64,000 bases of DNA from Camelus ferus. Its lineage: Eukaryota. The notes below the pieces were generated by a model. The model saw only the letters and a list, made by a program, of their open reading frames with translations. It was not told the origin of the DNA and searched no databases. A program made the translations under genes and the position numbers. Below, piece after piece: positions 39,682-52,728 of this stretch (its first letter is position 1; each line of letters opens with the position of its first letter). The DNA is taken from the NCBI RefSeq assembly GCF_009834535.1, contig NC_045696.1:100442001-100506000 (forward strand). Direction: 5' to 3'.

Positions 39682-40243
39682 TGTCACTGAGTCCAAGCTT
39701 GTATGGCTCACCACATGACAGGCCAATAAATTGAGAGACTAGTTGTTGGGGCAAGGAAGAGTGGCTTTTATTCAGAAAGCCAGCAGACTAAGAAGTTGGT
39801 AGACTAGTGTCCCCGAGAACTATCTTGCTCAGGTTTGGATGCTGGGTGTTTTTTTTTTTTAATAGAACAAGACTGGTTGGGGAGAGGAAGTAAAGTAAAA
39901 ACAAAAACAAAAACAAAAACAAAAACAAAAACAAAACACAATAGATTGTTGCAAATATTTCCTGGTTCTGGGTAGACTCTGGAGGATATGTGTTAATTTC
40001 CTTTTTCCTGCAGCCATTCATAGGTGGGCCTGGTCAGGATGTTTCCTGGGAGCCAAACAAAGGTATTTTATAGCTTAATGCTCAGGAGTGGAAGGCAGGA
40101 TTCCTGGAGGTGAGATATTAAGTACACTTCAAGCTATAGACAACATCCCTTTAGTGATTAACTTGTAGCAAAAGCAACAGAATACAAAGGTTACAGTAAA
40201 AGAAACATCCAATATGGAGTCACATTTGTTCTTCCCTATTGTA
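39682..40243 (-). mobile_element. Solo ERV1-type LTR related to the one at 30065-30556
   Basis: Shares ccacatgacaggccaataaat and aatatggagtca.atttgttcttccctatt with the 30065 LTR; right end and TSD are degenerate. Confidence 0.85.
39896..39938 (+). repeat. (AAAAAC)n hexanucleotide repeat inside the LTR
   Basis: About 7 units. Confidence 0.9.
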
Positions 40244-40879
40244 CTTGGGACTGGGGCAGGGAATGCAAAGAATGACTTCTAATGGAATGAAGTTTCTTTT
40301 GGGGGATGATGAAAATGTCCTAAAACTTGATGATGGTGGTGATTGTGCAACTCTGTGAATATGATAGAAACCACTGAATTTTATACTTTAAATGGATGAA
40401 CTTTATACAATGTGAATTATATTTCAATAAAGCTGTTGACAGTAGTCTTTTTATGAAGTTAGGAAAAACAAAATATTTTAAGATTAATTGCAAACATGAA
40501 ACTATAAATCATCTTTGCTGATTTTGGATCTTATAAAATGGCAATTTTAATATACTGAAATGTGAGAAACAATATTAAATGTCAGAGATGAGTGAAGCTG
40601 GCATTGTAAATTTATTTAAAAATGTAGCAGTTGTACTCTTTCTTGATGTAGTATTTTTCTGATTATTGATTAAGCACTACAGTTTATAAAAAGGCTAGAA
40701 ATTCTTCAGAAGTGTATTTCTTGCTGTTAGCCTGTGCTTACTTTAATTTTGAATGAAGAGAAAAGGGACAATGAAATTATATATAGATATATAAAGAAAA
40801 AATAATTAATTCTTATTTTTCTATTTCAGAAAGGGCAATTTATATGCCAGTTAAAAATATATTAAAAGTCTCCTAATAT

Positions 40880-41480
40880 ATGAATACTCAATATAAATGT
40901 CACTGACTGGCCCTTGGGACACTCTAACTTTTATGCTGGAAAGCAGAAATATTAAACGAAAATCTCCTTGAGGCTTACTTTCCCGTAGTGGGTACAGACT
41001 ATAAACATTATACACGATAAATAATTGAATTGCATAGTATGTTAGGAAATAACAAGAGAATTAGGGGGAAAAAATGAGAACAAAGGAAGGAGATCAAGAG
41101 TTCAAGGGGCAAGAGGTTAGCCTTGCCATTACCAAGACAGGGGAAGTTGCAGGAAGGGCAGATTTTGGTATGCAAGTGTCGGGGTTAAGAGCTCAGCTGT
41201 GATATGTTGGTTTTGAGATCTCTGTTAGATGTCCAGGTGGATATGCTGAATTGGCAGTTGCATAGATAAACGTGGAATTCAGGGAAGTGAGTTAGGCTGG
41301 AGGCATTAACTGTGACATGCAAGTCCATAGGCATTTACAGACAGGATACTGGGTAGGGAAGAGATTTTGCAACATTCAGAGGTCTTACAGAAGAGAAGAA
41401 ATCAGCAAAGGGGACTGAGAAAAGTAGTAGCTGTTAGTTTAGCCACAGATGAAGAGTATGTGATATCCTGTGAAGAGAGG
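40880..41480 (-). mobile_element. L2 fragments
   Basis: 'gttggttttgagatctctgttagatgtccaggtggatatgctgaattggcagttgcatag'. Confidence 0.6.
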
Positions 41481-41939
41481 TGTCACCCGGAACTGACCCT
41501 TGGATGTAACTTTGGTGTTATCTGCAGCTACAATTGCAAAGACGACAAGAGTGAGCTGAGAATTAATTTCCTCTCCTGTTTAGGTTTAATCTACCCACAC
41601 TTGAGATGTCACTGCATCATCCCTCTTGCCACAAATCATACTGTTCGTAATTATCAGCCTCAGTGGAGAAGCAGGGATAGCTGAGTTTATTAAACAGGCA
41701 GTTAAGGGAATTGTCTTATTAGGTGAGGAAAAATTTGGGAGGCGAAGGAAAAAACGTGTTCAAAGTCGAAATTTGGGGGCTAAGAGTCATATTAATTTGA
41801 TTATTAAAATTCAGTTTGTACCCCACACTGGTGAAATTGGCTTATTTATTGGACTAAAATTCCACATTCTAGTAAAATACTTTATGTAAAATAATATTCG
41901 CTTAGAGCATTCAAAATGCCCTCAGTGCCTATTTCTTTT

Positions 41940-42425
41940 CTGCTGACAGGCTAGTCATGCCAAGGCTAACAAGAAGATTCCAGAAACTTAAAATTAATGA
42001 AAATTTATTGCACAATCTTGCTGCACAGGCAATGTGGGTATGCAGTGAAGACAGTAATTTCCACATCTATCCATAATGAAATTGGAATTGAAATGTATAA
42101 AAATTAGCCAACCTTAAACAGAAAGGCAGAAGGTTTTGTTCATTTTAATCACTCGAGGATCCAGGCTGAGGGAAACACCAACACTTTATGACACTATCAT
42201 CTCAATGTGAGGCTTCAAGATTCTCCAGGACCAGAACCCAGCGTAGAGAATGGGGATCGAATGTTAAATGCTCAAGGTAGTGATGACAAGTCTTTCAGCT
42301 CACATTTTCTTAACGTAGCTAAGTCACTTGGTTATGCCTAGTTGTCTAGGTACGAACACGTCTATCTCCCTTGTACCTGGAATCAAAGAAGAATCAGGTG
42401 TGCTGGGAATGCTAGTGATGTCTGT
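41940..42425. mobile_element. Old MaLR LTR (MLT1J/K-like)
   Basis: 'cactcgaggatccaggctgaggga...tttcagctcacattt...agtcacttgg'. Confidence 0.45.
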
Positions 42426-43779
42426 TGGACTCAAGTGTCCCTGTGACCTGAGGAAATCAGAACTAGGAGGCCTGCCCCTGCCTGTTGTATACCCCACCTC
42501 CCCGCTATATTTATGAGTTCTGTGTATTTGAATTGAATTGGAGGTGGTAAGAAAAGAGAAATAGCCCTCTATAAGCCTTGAGTTTATCAGAAAAAGAAAT
42601 AGGATGATAGCAGAAAAGGGTAGAGGGTCAATAATTTTTTTTTAAGAGAGGCTTAGTATTTTTATTAAACGATGTTTCGTTATTCCCTCTTCTTCCCTGT
42701 CACACTTATTTTCTCCTTCTCACTAGGAGGAGCTTCCTGCCAGTTAGAGTAAGCCATGCCACCCATTAATTTGGAGACAGGTAATCATATCAAAGAAATG
42801 ATGGCAGCAAAATCCAATCTAAACTCATAAATTCAACTTTATAATCTTGTATGTAAGACAGAAAAGTTTGGATCTACTTGAGCAGAGTGAATTTTTTTTT
42901 TTCTTAATCTCAGGCTACATTGAGACTCCTCTGGCTGGAGGACAATTGTCAGAGAAACCCCACAAAAATAGGGTAAGGGCAGAAAGGGAGAACTTAGAAT
43001 AAAGGCTCTCTTCAAAGATTTTCCACAGGTCATGGATGATAAATGTCTCAGGAGAGGAGACGCATCTGCAGTAAGTTGGCGTGCACTGGGGATGTGAGAT
43101 GGCCGTAAGTAGAATCTGGGAAAATGAACAGCTAAAATTGAACAAAGAAACTGATGAGTCATGAATAGCAGACTTACAAAGGCTAAAATGAATTTAGAGG
43201 GTGTACATTTGTGTGAACCAAGTAGGCTCTGATATGAAAATTTCTTCTTTGTTGCCTCATGCAAAGGAGAGCAGGGGAAAAGTTGAGGAGAGAGTTGGGG
43301 GCAACATAATAAAGGTTATGTGGAGGAAGCTTAACAGAAAATCTTGGGGCACTACTGCCTTGAAGTTGCACTGATACTGTCTTAGACAAGCGAATTATTA
43401 TACGGTAACACTAAAATATTGAAATATGCCTTAAAAATTTTTAAGAAGCAAACTTTTCAAGAGAAAAAAAAATCATTTTCCTCAGAATGCCATTTTAGAA
43501 ACTCCTGACTTGTTTATTCGTTTTATCAACTCTGGAAATGTTAAAAAAAAAAAAAAAAAACCCTTTGGGAATATGCTGATGTTGAAAGAAGTTAATATAT
43601 TCCACATGCTTCTGTGATTTTCTATTAAGTTCAAGTTATTTTACTGATAACAAGTAACAAAATGAATCCTTTGGATTTTGCTCACCTTGCCTCTAGAGTC
43701 CAGGCAGTTTTCCCGGATGAGAGGTGGCATAGCACAACAATAAACCCAGACACCCGATGGGCAGCCACAAGTTACTAGA

Positions 43780-43925
43780 AGTGTAGGCATCACTTTTCCC
43801 AGCTGTAAAATGGTGCTCATAATACATACTTCTCTGGTTTGTAGTGAAGATTAAATGACTTTTTGTGCATAAAGTGCTCAGTAAAGTACCTGGCACGTAA
43901 GAGGCTTTTGGCAAAGGTAGATATT
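43780..43925 (+). mobile_element. MIR fragment
   Basis: 'ctgtaaaatgg...gtagtgaagattaaatga...taaagtgctcagtaaagtacctggcacgtaa'. Confidence 0.75.
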
Positions 43926-44610
43926 ACAATTTTTGTTACAGGAGATTTTGGTCTTTTTAAGCAGCTGTTCTCTTTTCATAAAATCTTTCTTTACAAAAAT
44001 TGGGGAAGGTAGAGTTAGAAAGATTTTGGTGACATGGACTTCATTCCCCCACCACAACTAGGCAAATGTCTTTAGAGTTCCATATGACATTCACCCAACC
44101 CACCCTTGAATAATTTTATAGTTAGTGTGCACATAACACCTGAAGGGTGCTAGGCTTGACAAAAGGTTCAATGATTAAAACCTTGTTCTACTAAACCAGC
44201 TATACCACACATTAGTATTTATTTTACCTCTGAAACTATAATGAGAAAATCCTCTTCTATCATCTTCTACATGGAAATACCTGAAACAACAAAATATTTT
44301 AAATGTTTCCTCTGCACTTATTTCTCCTGGCAAAAATAATTTTCATTTATATATGTGGATTATATTGTAAAATTCTTATGGCTCTCATTTCTGAGAGCAC
44401 GTTTCAGTTTAAAAAATACATTTTAAGATGGGAACCTCTTATTTTTTCCTCTTCTGAAGTAATATCACTATCCATCACTCTTTGAAATTTGGTAGAAATG
44501 ATAGTAATATCTAGATATCTGGATAATGAAATAGGAACTTCTAATGTATAAAAGCCAAATAATTTGTAGGTCGGGAAAAATTTAAAATGATCTATTATTT
44601 GTTGGGGAAA

Positions 44611-45001
44611 TATAACTGAAAACAAAATCTTCTTTCAGCCCAGAAAACCTCTCCAAAAAAGTAGTAGAGAAAAAAAATTCTAATCATTGTACAAGAATTA
44701 AATGAGAATGGACGTGCATCACGGGCAGTTCACTAAGAGACTGCAGAGACAGAAAGCTCACCCTTTTATAAAGCCAAACTGATGCCCACTACGTACATGT
44801 TTCAGCTCTTGCCAGTAGGAAGTTCTCTCTAGAGGAGCTATTTTAAGAGGAAACCTGAAAGGATGGAAACCATACCCACCCTCAGATCTGGAAAATGCCT
44901 CTTCAGGGTAACCTCCTATAGCAGATTTGTAGCAAACTAACCTGAACCACAGTTTTCTTGTGAGTGGTGGGCAGTGGGTGAAGCCAGGTGTGCAAGTTTC
45001 A
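44611..45001 (-). mobile_element. Solo ERV1 LTR, MER90/MER110-like
   Basis: 'aacaaaatcttctttcagcccagaaaacctctcc...gcatcacgggcagttcactaagagactgcagagacagaaag.ctcacccttttata'; ends gtttCA. Confidence 0.7.
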
Positions 45002-46089
45002 ATCTAAGTCCTATCAGAGTTAGTTGAAAAGAAGCCATCTAATCTATTTTAAATAAACCTGAATCAAGATAAAGCAATAATATATTTGACTATGATCCAT
45101 AATTATAAAAGTTGTGTGTGTATATACATGTATGTGTATTAATCAGTGATCTAAGTTTCCTCTTATTGCACCTGCTCAGGCATTAAAGTGATGTTATGCT
45201 TTTTCTCCCTCACCTACCACCAACCTCCTTCCTCACAATTCTCAGTCTTCAAGGTTTATGTTATAAGTCGCCTCTATGGAAAATCACATTCAGGTGTCCT
45301 AACTAGAGTTGATCTTTTGCCTCTAAACTTGATACCAATTATATTCAATGTACTCAGTCTCTGACATATGCCTGTCAGATTTACATTTGTGATACAGCAG
45401 GAATGTGTTTGTAATACTTTGAGTGTTTTAAAAAGTTCAGTACTGTGTACGTAGTGGCTGAAATTTGATGATTGGTTGACAAAAGGTAGGTATAAAAGAT
45501 AGGAAAGAGAAGAATCTTATGAAGTCCTTTCAGTGGACAGTTTCCTCCCCATCCCAAATTAATGGCAGGCTCAACTAATTTGGTTCCTCCTTGATGTGGG
45601 AGTATCTTCAATTCTGTAAGATGTCTCAAATCCTGTTTTGTTTTGTTTTTCTGTTGAATTGTGTTATCTGCTGTAACGTGTAAGTCTCAACTCAGCCTCA
45701 TTACTTTGTTCTTGTCTTTTCCAGCCCTTCCCAACAGTAGCTGTTAATAACTTCCGTGTGCAGATTAAGCTCTGCAGTGTTCCGGAGTTGTATACAAACC
45801 CTGAGCCTCCCTAGTTGGAAAACTGCAATGTTTATCTTGCTATATTTAGAATCTGTAATTCACATGCCAGCGCTGAATGCTGTCATCATTTGAGCCTTTA
45901 CTCCTAGTAATTTGCTCAGCTCTTGTCTTACTCTTCCCTGGAGTACGAGGACTTCCCTGAGTTGGTGCTCCTAGCAAGACCCTCCATTCACCTCACTTTT
46001 GTCAGCCCCATTTGTTCTGGACTTTTCTTCCTCTTCCCAGTTGCCTGACTTTATACCTCAATTTGGCACCCAATTCTGTCTTGTGATCC

Positions 46090-46712
46090 TATTAACTTTC
46101 TCTAGTAGGTTTAATTACTCACATTAAAATAACTATCTCATGCCCTCTCTTGCCTCAAACTTCCCCCCAACACCTACTTTCTCTGCCCAATCTCTCAACT
46201 GATGAACTCTCTTTATCCTCCAGTGGGAAAACAGAGTTCTCATATTTCCCAAGGTTCAAATCTACAAAATTATAGTATCTCCATCTTCTTTCCATCTATA
46301 TCATTGAAGGAAATGCCTGCCCTTCACCACAGCCTATTAGGCTCTGACCTCTGCCTCTTTATAATTTCCTCTTACTGATCCTGCCCTAAGTACTTACTAC
46401 ACTGCAGCTGCCAGGTGGAATGTTCGTCTTTCCCCTTGGTCTTTGCATGATTACCTTCTTCCCATCACTGAGTCCCGTTTTAAGTGTTACCACCTCAGAG
46501 CTACCTTTCCTGACCACCCAATCTAAAGTAGACCCCTCACTGTTATTCATTTATATTTCAGTCTGTTATTGCCTTCCTGCAAAGTGTCTGCACTTCGTCA
46601 GCTGCCTTCTCTAGGCTGTAATCCTTGAAGGTAGGGAGTGTGTCTCCCACCTAGTCCCAGTGCTTCGTGTCCTGGTATGCAAGGGCTCCGTCAATATTTG
46701 ATGGAGGAATAA
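46090..46712 (+). mobile_element. L2 fragments including the 3' end
   Basis: 'acctttcctgaccacccaatctaaagtag...ctgtaatccttgaaggtaggga...caatatttgatggaggaat'. Confidence 0.65.
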
Positions 46713-48231
46713 GCGCTATTTTCCAAACAAAAGTGTAAACCTATCATCAGTACCTCACTTGCTACCTCTCCACACATACCGCTTGGCTATATGGAATCTC
46801 AACTAAATATTTGGAATGCTATGTGTCAGATTCTTAGTTGCTGCACATGCAAATGACTTTAAAAAGATCTTGGGTTCAAGAGAAATTTGTACAGGAGAAT
46901 TCATCACACAGTCCAATGTCTACACACAAGCTCCATTACCCAGACACCTCACATGCTCACAATTCCCAGGTTTCTTCATCCTTGGACTGCAGATTTTGGA
47001 ACCCTTCAGAAAGGGGAGTTTTTTCCCTGTGTTGTGAACACTTGTTATGGAACTCTTATCATGTGCTCAGAGGTTGCTTTTTATACCAGGTTTGCACTGG
47101 TTGGCTGACTTTATTGGGCTCCATCTCCAAGCAAGATGAGGTTCTCTGAGGCAGTCTGGCTTTGCTCCATCCCTGATTCTTGTAGCTGAGGTCATATGTG
47201 TTCCATTCAAGATGCACTGGCTTATAACTATTGTTTTGTTTTGAAGATAAAACAAAAATTATAGAAAAAAACCAAAACCACTTTTGACTATAGTTTCTCA
47301 AAGATAATATTACATTGTAGCAAAGCAATAAAAATGATCTATTATAATAATTATTATGACTTATCAGCTATTAAATGTAATATTTATTTTTTTATTTCTT
47401 TAAGTTAGTTTTAATGGTTAAGAGTGGTAAGAGAAAAGATAGTACTTATATAAAGCTGAAAATATGAATTATCTTTTAGCATAGAAAATGTAGGCTGAAC
47501 TTGAAAATATAATTTTACTTCTTAAGTTTTGAGGATCCTTAAGTACTTTTATTCTGTAAAACTTATCTGTCTAGAAACCAAAAAAAGCTGTAACTTTTAA
47601 AATAAGTTTCTAACTGATTGTTTTATTGTCAGTCTGTATGACCTTCAACTTTTAATTAGCTGGACAAAATATAAATACCTATTTTTTTTCACAAGGCTAA
47701 ATGTGAGTGGTGTATTTTATTTTCAGAAGAACACTATCACTCACATAGTCATGATATGATTTCAAGAGTTTCTACATATTCTTAAACTTTTTTTTACAAA
47801 TATTGATTGTACAAATATATACACACTATAAACAGACTTTAGTACAACAGAAAATATCAAGACAAAGTTATGGATGGACTTAATACTTTGCAGATGGATA
47901 CATTTCCTTTCCTGAATATAACCGTTTCCCAGACCAATGTAGATACATACAAAGTATTTTATGAATTTAATTATATGAATATTACAAATGTAATGTATGT
48001 ACTTTACTACATTAGCTTATTCTGTGGTTCAGATAGATTAAAGATATCTGGTGATATTATTTTATGGTAACCTAGTTTTTAATTTCAATTAGTATGAGAG
48101 AGAATTTCAGGTAACAATTGCCATTACACCAGAAGAAGCCGTATTTTAAAGCTATAAAGAGAAGGTGCATACTGGTAAGAAAATGATAGTTCCTACTCAA
48201 ACCAATTTTGTTCAAAAAATATTTCTCTTGC

Positions 48232-48624
48232 ATACCTGAAATTTGTTGCGAGTAGATCTTAAGCATTCTCACCATGAATAAAAAAAGAATGAAAGAAAGA
48301 AAGAATGAAAGAAAGAATGAAAGAAAGAAAGATAGAAAAAAGGGAAGAAAGAAAGAAAAGAAAGAAAGAAAAAAGGAAAGAAAAGAAAGAAAGAAAAAGA
48401 AAGAAAGAAAGAAAGAGGAAAAAAAGAAAGAAAGAAAGAAAGAAAAAGAAAGAAACAAAGAAAGAAAGAAAGAAAGAAAAAAGGAAGTTAACAATGTGAG
48501 ATGATTGGATATGTTAATTATCTTGATCTTGGTCATCATTTCACAATGTGTATGTATATCAAGTAGTCACGTTGCACATTTTAAATATACCCAGTTATAA
48601 CTGTTAATTATTTCTCAATAAAGT
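48232..48624 (+). mobile_element. L1MA-like 3' end with an internal GAAA expansion
   Basis: 'tgaaatttgttgcgagtagatcttaagcattctcacca' [GAAA tract] 'taacaatgtgagatgattggatatgttaatta...tctcaataaag'. Confidence 0.85.
48276..48487 (+). repeat. (GAAA)n-based polypurine tract, about 210 bp
   Basis: Purine-only from 48334 to 48487 except one C at 48456. Confidence 0.95.
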
Positions 48625-50299
48625 TTAAATGCTTTACTTAGCATCTGTAAGAGAAACATTTAGTTTCCTTTCTTGTTAGGTAGACTTGAGAGCTGTAATT
48701 CTGCATGTAACTCCAGCGAAGAGCATCAGCTTTTGATACTAATTTCTTCTTCAAAATAATGTTCTTTGGGAAGTGTTTCTGGAGACCCTGATTTCATTGG
48801 GCTATCCATGCCCTCCATGGCTGTTACTTTTGCAATTCCAACGTTTAGTGTAGCTCTGGACTCATATGAATGCTTCACTTCTACTGAGTGATGATTTATT
48901 TTGAAGTTTTTGAAATCTGATTGAAGGACTGACCTCATTACGATACATAACAGTTCAATATAATGATTTTAATATTTTGTAAGTGCCTTAACTTTTTCCA
49001 CGTCTGCCTCAATAAAACTATATCTACAGTAAATGAAAACAGCTATGTATGCCTAGCAGTCATCTGTCTCAAGCGATCAGAAAATTGTCTTATTGATAAT
49101 AGGGAATTTAGGACAGAGTGTCAAGATTTTAATCCATCTTCACCTTGAAAGGTCCTTTAGAAATGAAACCTTTATTGTCACTGTAGCTGAAACTTATAGA
49201 AGGGAAGATTTTTGTCCAAAAAGTAGCTGTCTCAGTTACACGGATTTTGTAGAAATCACAGCATTAATCAGGAATGTTGATGATCAGTTAAGACATGGAG
49301 CAAATGCCCTTGACATCTGTTTCAAAGTTGCCGTTTTAAGTTGATTGATGTTGACGTATCCTGAGGAGAACGCTGTAACGTCGTACAGGAGGATTTGTTA
49401 AAGGGAAAAATATGTTTTAGAAAGTTCCAAGAAGTGTTTGGAGAGAAAATAACAGATGAGTTGATTTGACATAATTTTCTATAAATTTAGTACTGGCTCA
49501 GTAAATTCAGCAATGTGAAACTAAATAAATCACAGTAATTTATGTCATAGAATATTATGACACGTTCACTTTGAATTATGTGCAGTACAGAAGTGATTTG
49601 GTTCATTAGAATTAAGCTCTGTGGGAAAACAAAGGGCAACAATACAATGACTTCACTAATGATTCTAAAAATAGTTGTATAAGTAAAACCAGGAAGAAAC
49701 AACTATTAAAATCCATGACAATTAACCATACTTTGCTAAGTAAAAAATATTTTTCAGGTTATTTGGAAAAATATATCACACACTAGTCTACAATTGATTG
49801 CAAACATAAAATGTTAATACTTAGTTTTGTTGTGGGCAGAAAATGATAGCATCTGGCTTTGTAGTATATCCCTGACACATTTCATTTCCACCATTAGCAC
49901 ACATTCTTAATCTTCTCTACTTTTACCTCCAAGGGACATTTCTTTAAAGAATGTTTCTTAGTACAGAAGGTAATAATTAAAGATGAAAAATCCACACCTT
50001 TTCTTCACCCTGTCTGCCACCTTGGTAGTGGGCGCTTACGGAGATCAAGACTCAAAGATATCAGAAAAGCTCTCTTATATCAGTGAATACTCCTTTGACT
50101 TCAACAACTTAAAGTTAAATTTTCCTGATGGTATAGTTATACAAAACCTTTGGTTATATCAATATTCAGTATTTAAGTTTTACGATGATATGAACACTGT
50201 TTTTATCTGAGCTATATAAAACATTGTAATTTTTTTTTCTTCGCAACTGTCTGGTGTCCCTGAAATTATTAATGATCATTTATTTTTCTGTTTGTTTAT

Positions 50300-51430
50300 T
50301 TTTCTAAACATTTTTCACTAATGTAAATTCTTCCCCAGTTATTTAATTCTGCTCCAGACATATTATGTACTGTATGCATTTGATCTTTTGTTGGAGGTAT
50401 CTTTCGGTCTCCTCTGTTGTGCCCCAGTTTGGACTGGTTACTTTCATGCTCCCCTGGGAGCTCCTTTCAACATTCCCCTGAGCGTATCTTTGTCTTGTCT
50501 CTGATGTTGGATCTCCTGTTAGTTGTGTCTCTCTCTGTTCTTGATTTGCCTTCCCCTTTTCGGTGGAATATACCCCCCAGAGGCATCCTGAGAGAAGGTG
50601 GATGCTAAAATGCCTGTATTTCCCATTCACACTGGATTCATCATAGAATTAGACATATAATTCTGCTTTGGAAGTTACTGTCTTTCACAACGCTGAAGGC
50701 ATTGGTCCACTGTTTCTAGCTTTTGTATTGCCCTTTGAGAAATATGATGCATTCTGATTCCTGATCTTTTGTTTATGTTCTTACTAATCTTTCCTCTCAA
50801 CCTTTGGAAGCTGCTAGGATCATCCCATCCAGAGTATTCTGAAATTGCAAATGTGTAAGTATATTATTTCATGCGTTATATGGGCACTAATGAGTCTCTT
50901 CACCATGAAAACGTGTGTTTCTTGGTTTTGGTTTGCTTCTTTGAAACTTTACTTCTCTCAATTGTTTATGATCTCCTTCTTTCTGGAATCCATATTATTC
51001 AAATATTAGATCAACTGGGCTGTTGTCTAATTTTCTTATCTTTTCCTTTTACCTCTGTTATACTTTGTGTTATTTTCAGGGACTCCCTCTTAGTTTTATT
51101 TCCACAACTCCTATTGATTTTTTGAAATCTCTGCAATCAAATTTTTAATTTTCAAGTTTTTTTTTCCTGAATATTCCCTTTAGTAGTTCAGTGCTTTCTC
51201 TTTCTCTCTAAAGATCTTGATTTAGTTCTTGATTTTTTTCACCATTGCTGGCTTTAGGATGCAGTCATCCTTTTCTTTTCTCCTCCTCCTCCTCATCTAC
51301 CCCTTGTACCTCCTCCTCCTCATTTGCTCTCTAGCTCATAAGAAATCTATTGCTGCTCTCTCCTCTCTTCCCATTCTTGTGGATTTATTTCTGTTAAGTT
51401 TCATTTACTGCTGCTTTATTGGATTGTAGG
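50300..51430 (-). mobile_element. Old L1M/HAL1-like fragments
   Basis: 'gaaggcattggtccactgtttctagc...tgagaaatatgatgcattctgattcctgatc'. Confidence 0.55.
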
Positions 51431-52177
51431 AAGAGAATAAATATATCCATTTATTTACCGTGTTTATCTAGACAAATATTCTTCTGTATTTTCATGATTA
51501 AAAATATGTTTACTTTGTAGTAATAATTATACAAATCTATACCATGTTATTTAAAAAATATCCCCAAGTCAGCTTTCCCCATGATTTACCCATTTTAGTT
51601 TTATTTACAAGTATTCTAAATATTTGCTGAGTCTCATATTGCAACAAGAGAAGTTTCCATTAAGTCAGCACATTTGATCCCTTGGAGGTGAATATTTTAT
51701 TTTCAAATAATATTAACAGTGTTCCAAACAGCGTGTATAACTATTTGGAGACGATAAATTCTGGCTTACCCATTTAAAGACATTGACTGAGCACCTTCTC
51801 TATTCCCGGTCCCATGGTGGGTTCTGGGGAACAGAAACATGAACCGATAGCGTCTCCTTCCCTGAAGGAAGTTAAGGAGAGATTCTGGAGATTATCTTTG
51901 TGCTGAAAAAGTTACAATCCAAAGGAAGTTGATTACTGCATCTAGGGTCACATGCTCATCAGCCTGGTGTTTTGACCTGGGGCTCCCTGCTTTATCTATT
52001 ACAAATAGACTGTGGTTTAATCTATGCTATACGTGCCCCTGCCATGCTGCTGGTGGATTTGGTAATGTGCTAGAATTTCTGTCAGCTGTCCAAAGGCTCA
52101 GCTTTGATTCATGATGCTGTGTACCATAGGGACTGATTGTGCACATGAAGAAGGCACTCTGTCTAGACTCGAATTGT

Positions 52178-52330
52178 AAGCAAGTTACCAAAGCCCCATG
52201 GTGCCTCAGTTTGTTTCTGTGTAAAATGGGTATGATAATAACATTTACTTCATAGAGTTGTTTGTAAAGATGGCAAGAATATATTCAAAGGACTTAGAAA
52301 AATGCTTGGCAATAGGAAACACTCTTCAAA
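52178..52330 (+). mobile_element. MIR fragment
   Basis: 'gtgcctcagtttgtttctgtgtaaaatggg...acttcatagagttgtt...aatgcttggca'. Confidence 0.8.
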
Positions 52331-52728
52331 TGTTATGACCTGAGTTATGTGCCACCTCAGAATTCACATGTTGAATCCCTAACCCCCAGTGTGACTGTAT
52401 TTGAAGACAGGGACTTCAGGGAGGTAATTAAAGTTAAATGAGATCCTAAGAGTGAAGGCATAGTCTGATAGGGCTCATGTCTTTATAAGAAAAAAGATGG
52501 GACAATGGAGATCTCTTTCTCTCTGTGCTTTCACAGAGAAGAGGGCCTGGGAGAAATGGCTAGAAGGTGTTTGGCTCTACGAACCTGGAAGGGCCCCCCA
52601 GAAACCAGGTCTGATGGTAACTTTATCTTGGACATGGAACCTCCAGAACTATTAGGAAATATATTTCCACATTTAAGCCACCCAGTAGTCTGTGGTATTT
52701 TGTTCTGGCAGCCACCCAGATTAATACA
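52331..52728 (+). mobile_element. MLT1A-like MaLR solo LTR at the MIR tail
   Basis: TG..CA termini; 'attcacatgttgaatccctaacccccagtgtgactgtatttgaagacagg...tttaagccacccag..tctgtggtattttgtt..gcagcc...aataCA'. Confidence 0.9.

Larger units (their letters stand above)
39298..40436 (+). mobile_element. L1MB/ME-like 3' end split by an ERV1 LTR
   Basis: 'aatgtaaaatggtgcatccact...catggatgaaccttgagaatattatt...ttagtggttg' resumes as 'gggatgatgaaaatgtcctaaaact...ttcaataaagctgtt'. Confidence 0.85.

Noticed and set aside
45725..45815. Acceptor-like tttttccag followed by PFPTVAVNNFRVQIKLCSVPELYTNPEPP*
   Set aside because: No donor or poly(A) support, and the peptide is not recognisable.
48072..48539. Phe/Ser-rich and Lys/Glu/Arg-rich ORFs
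   Set aside because: They are translations of the GAAA microsatellite.
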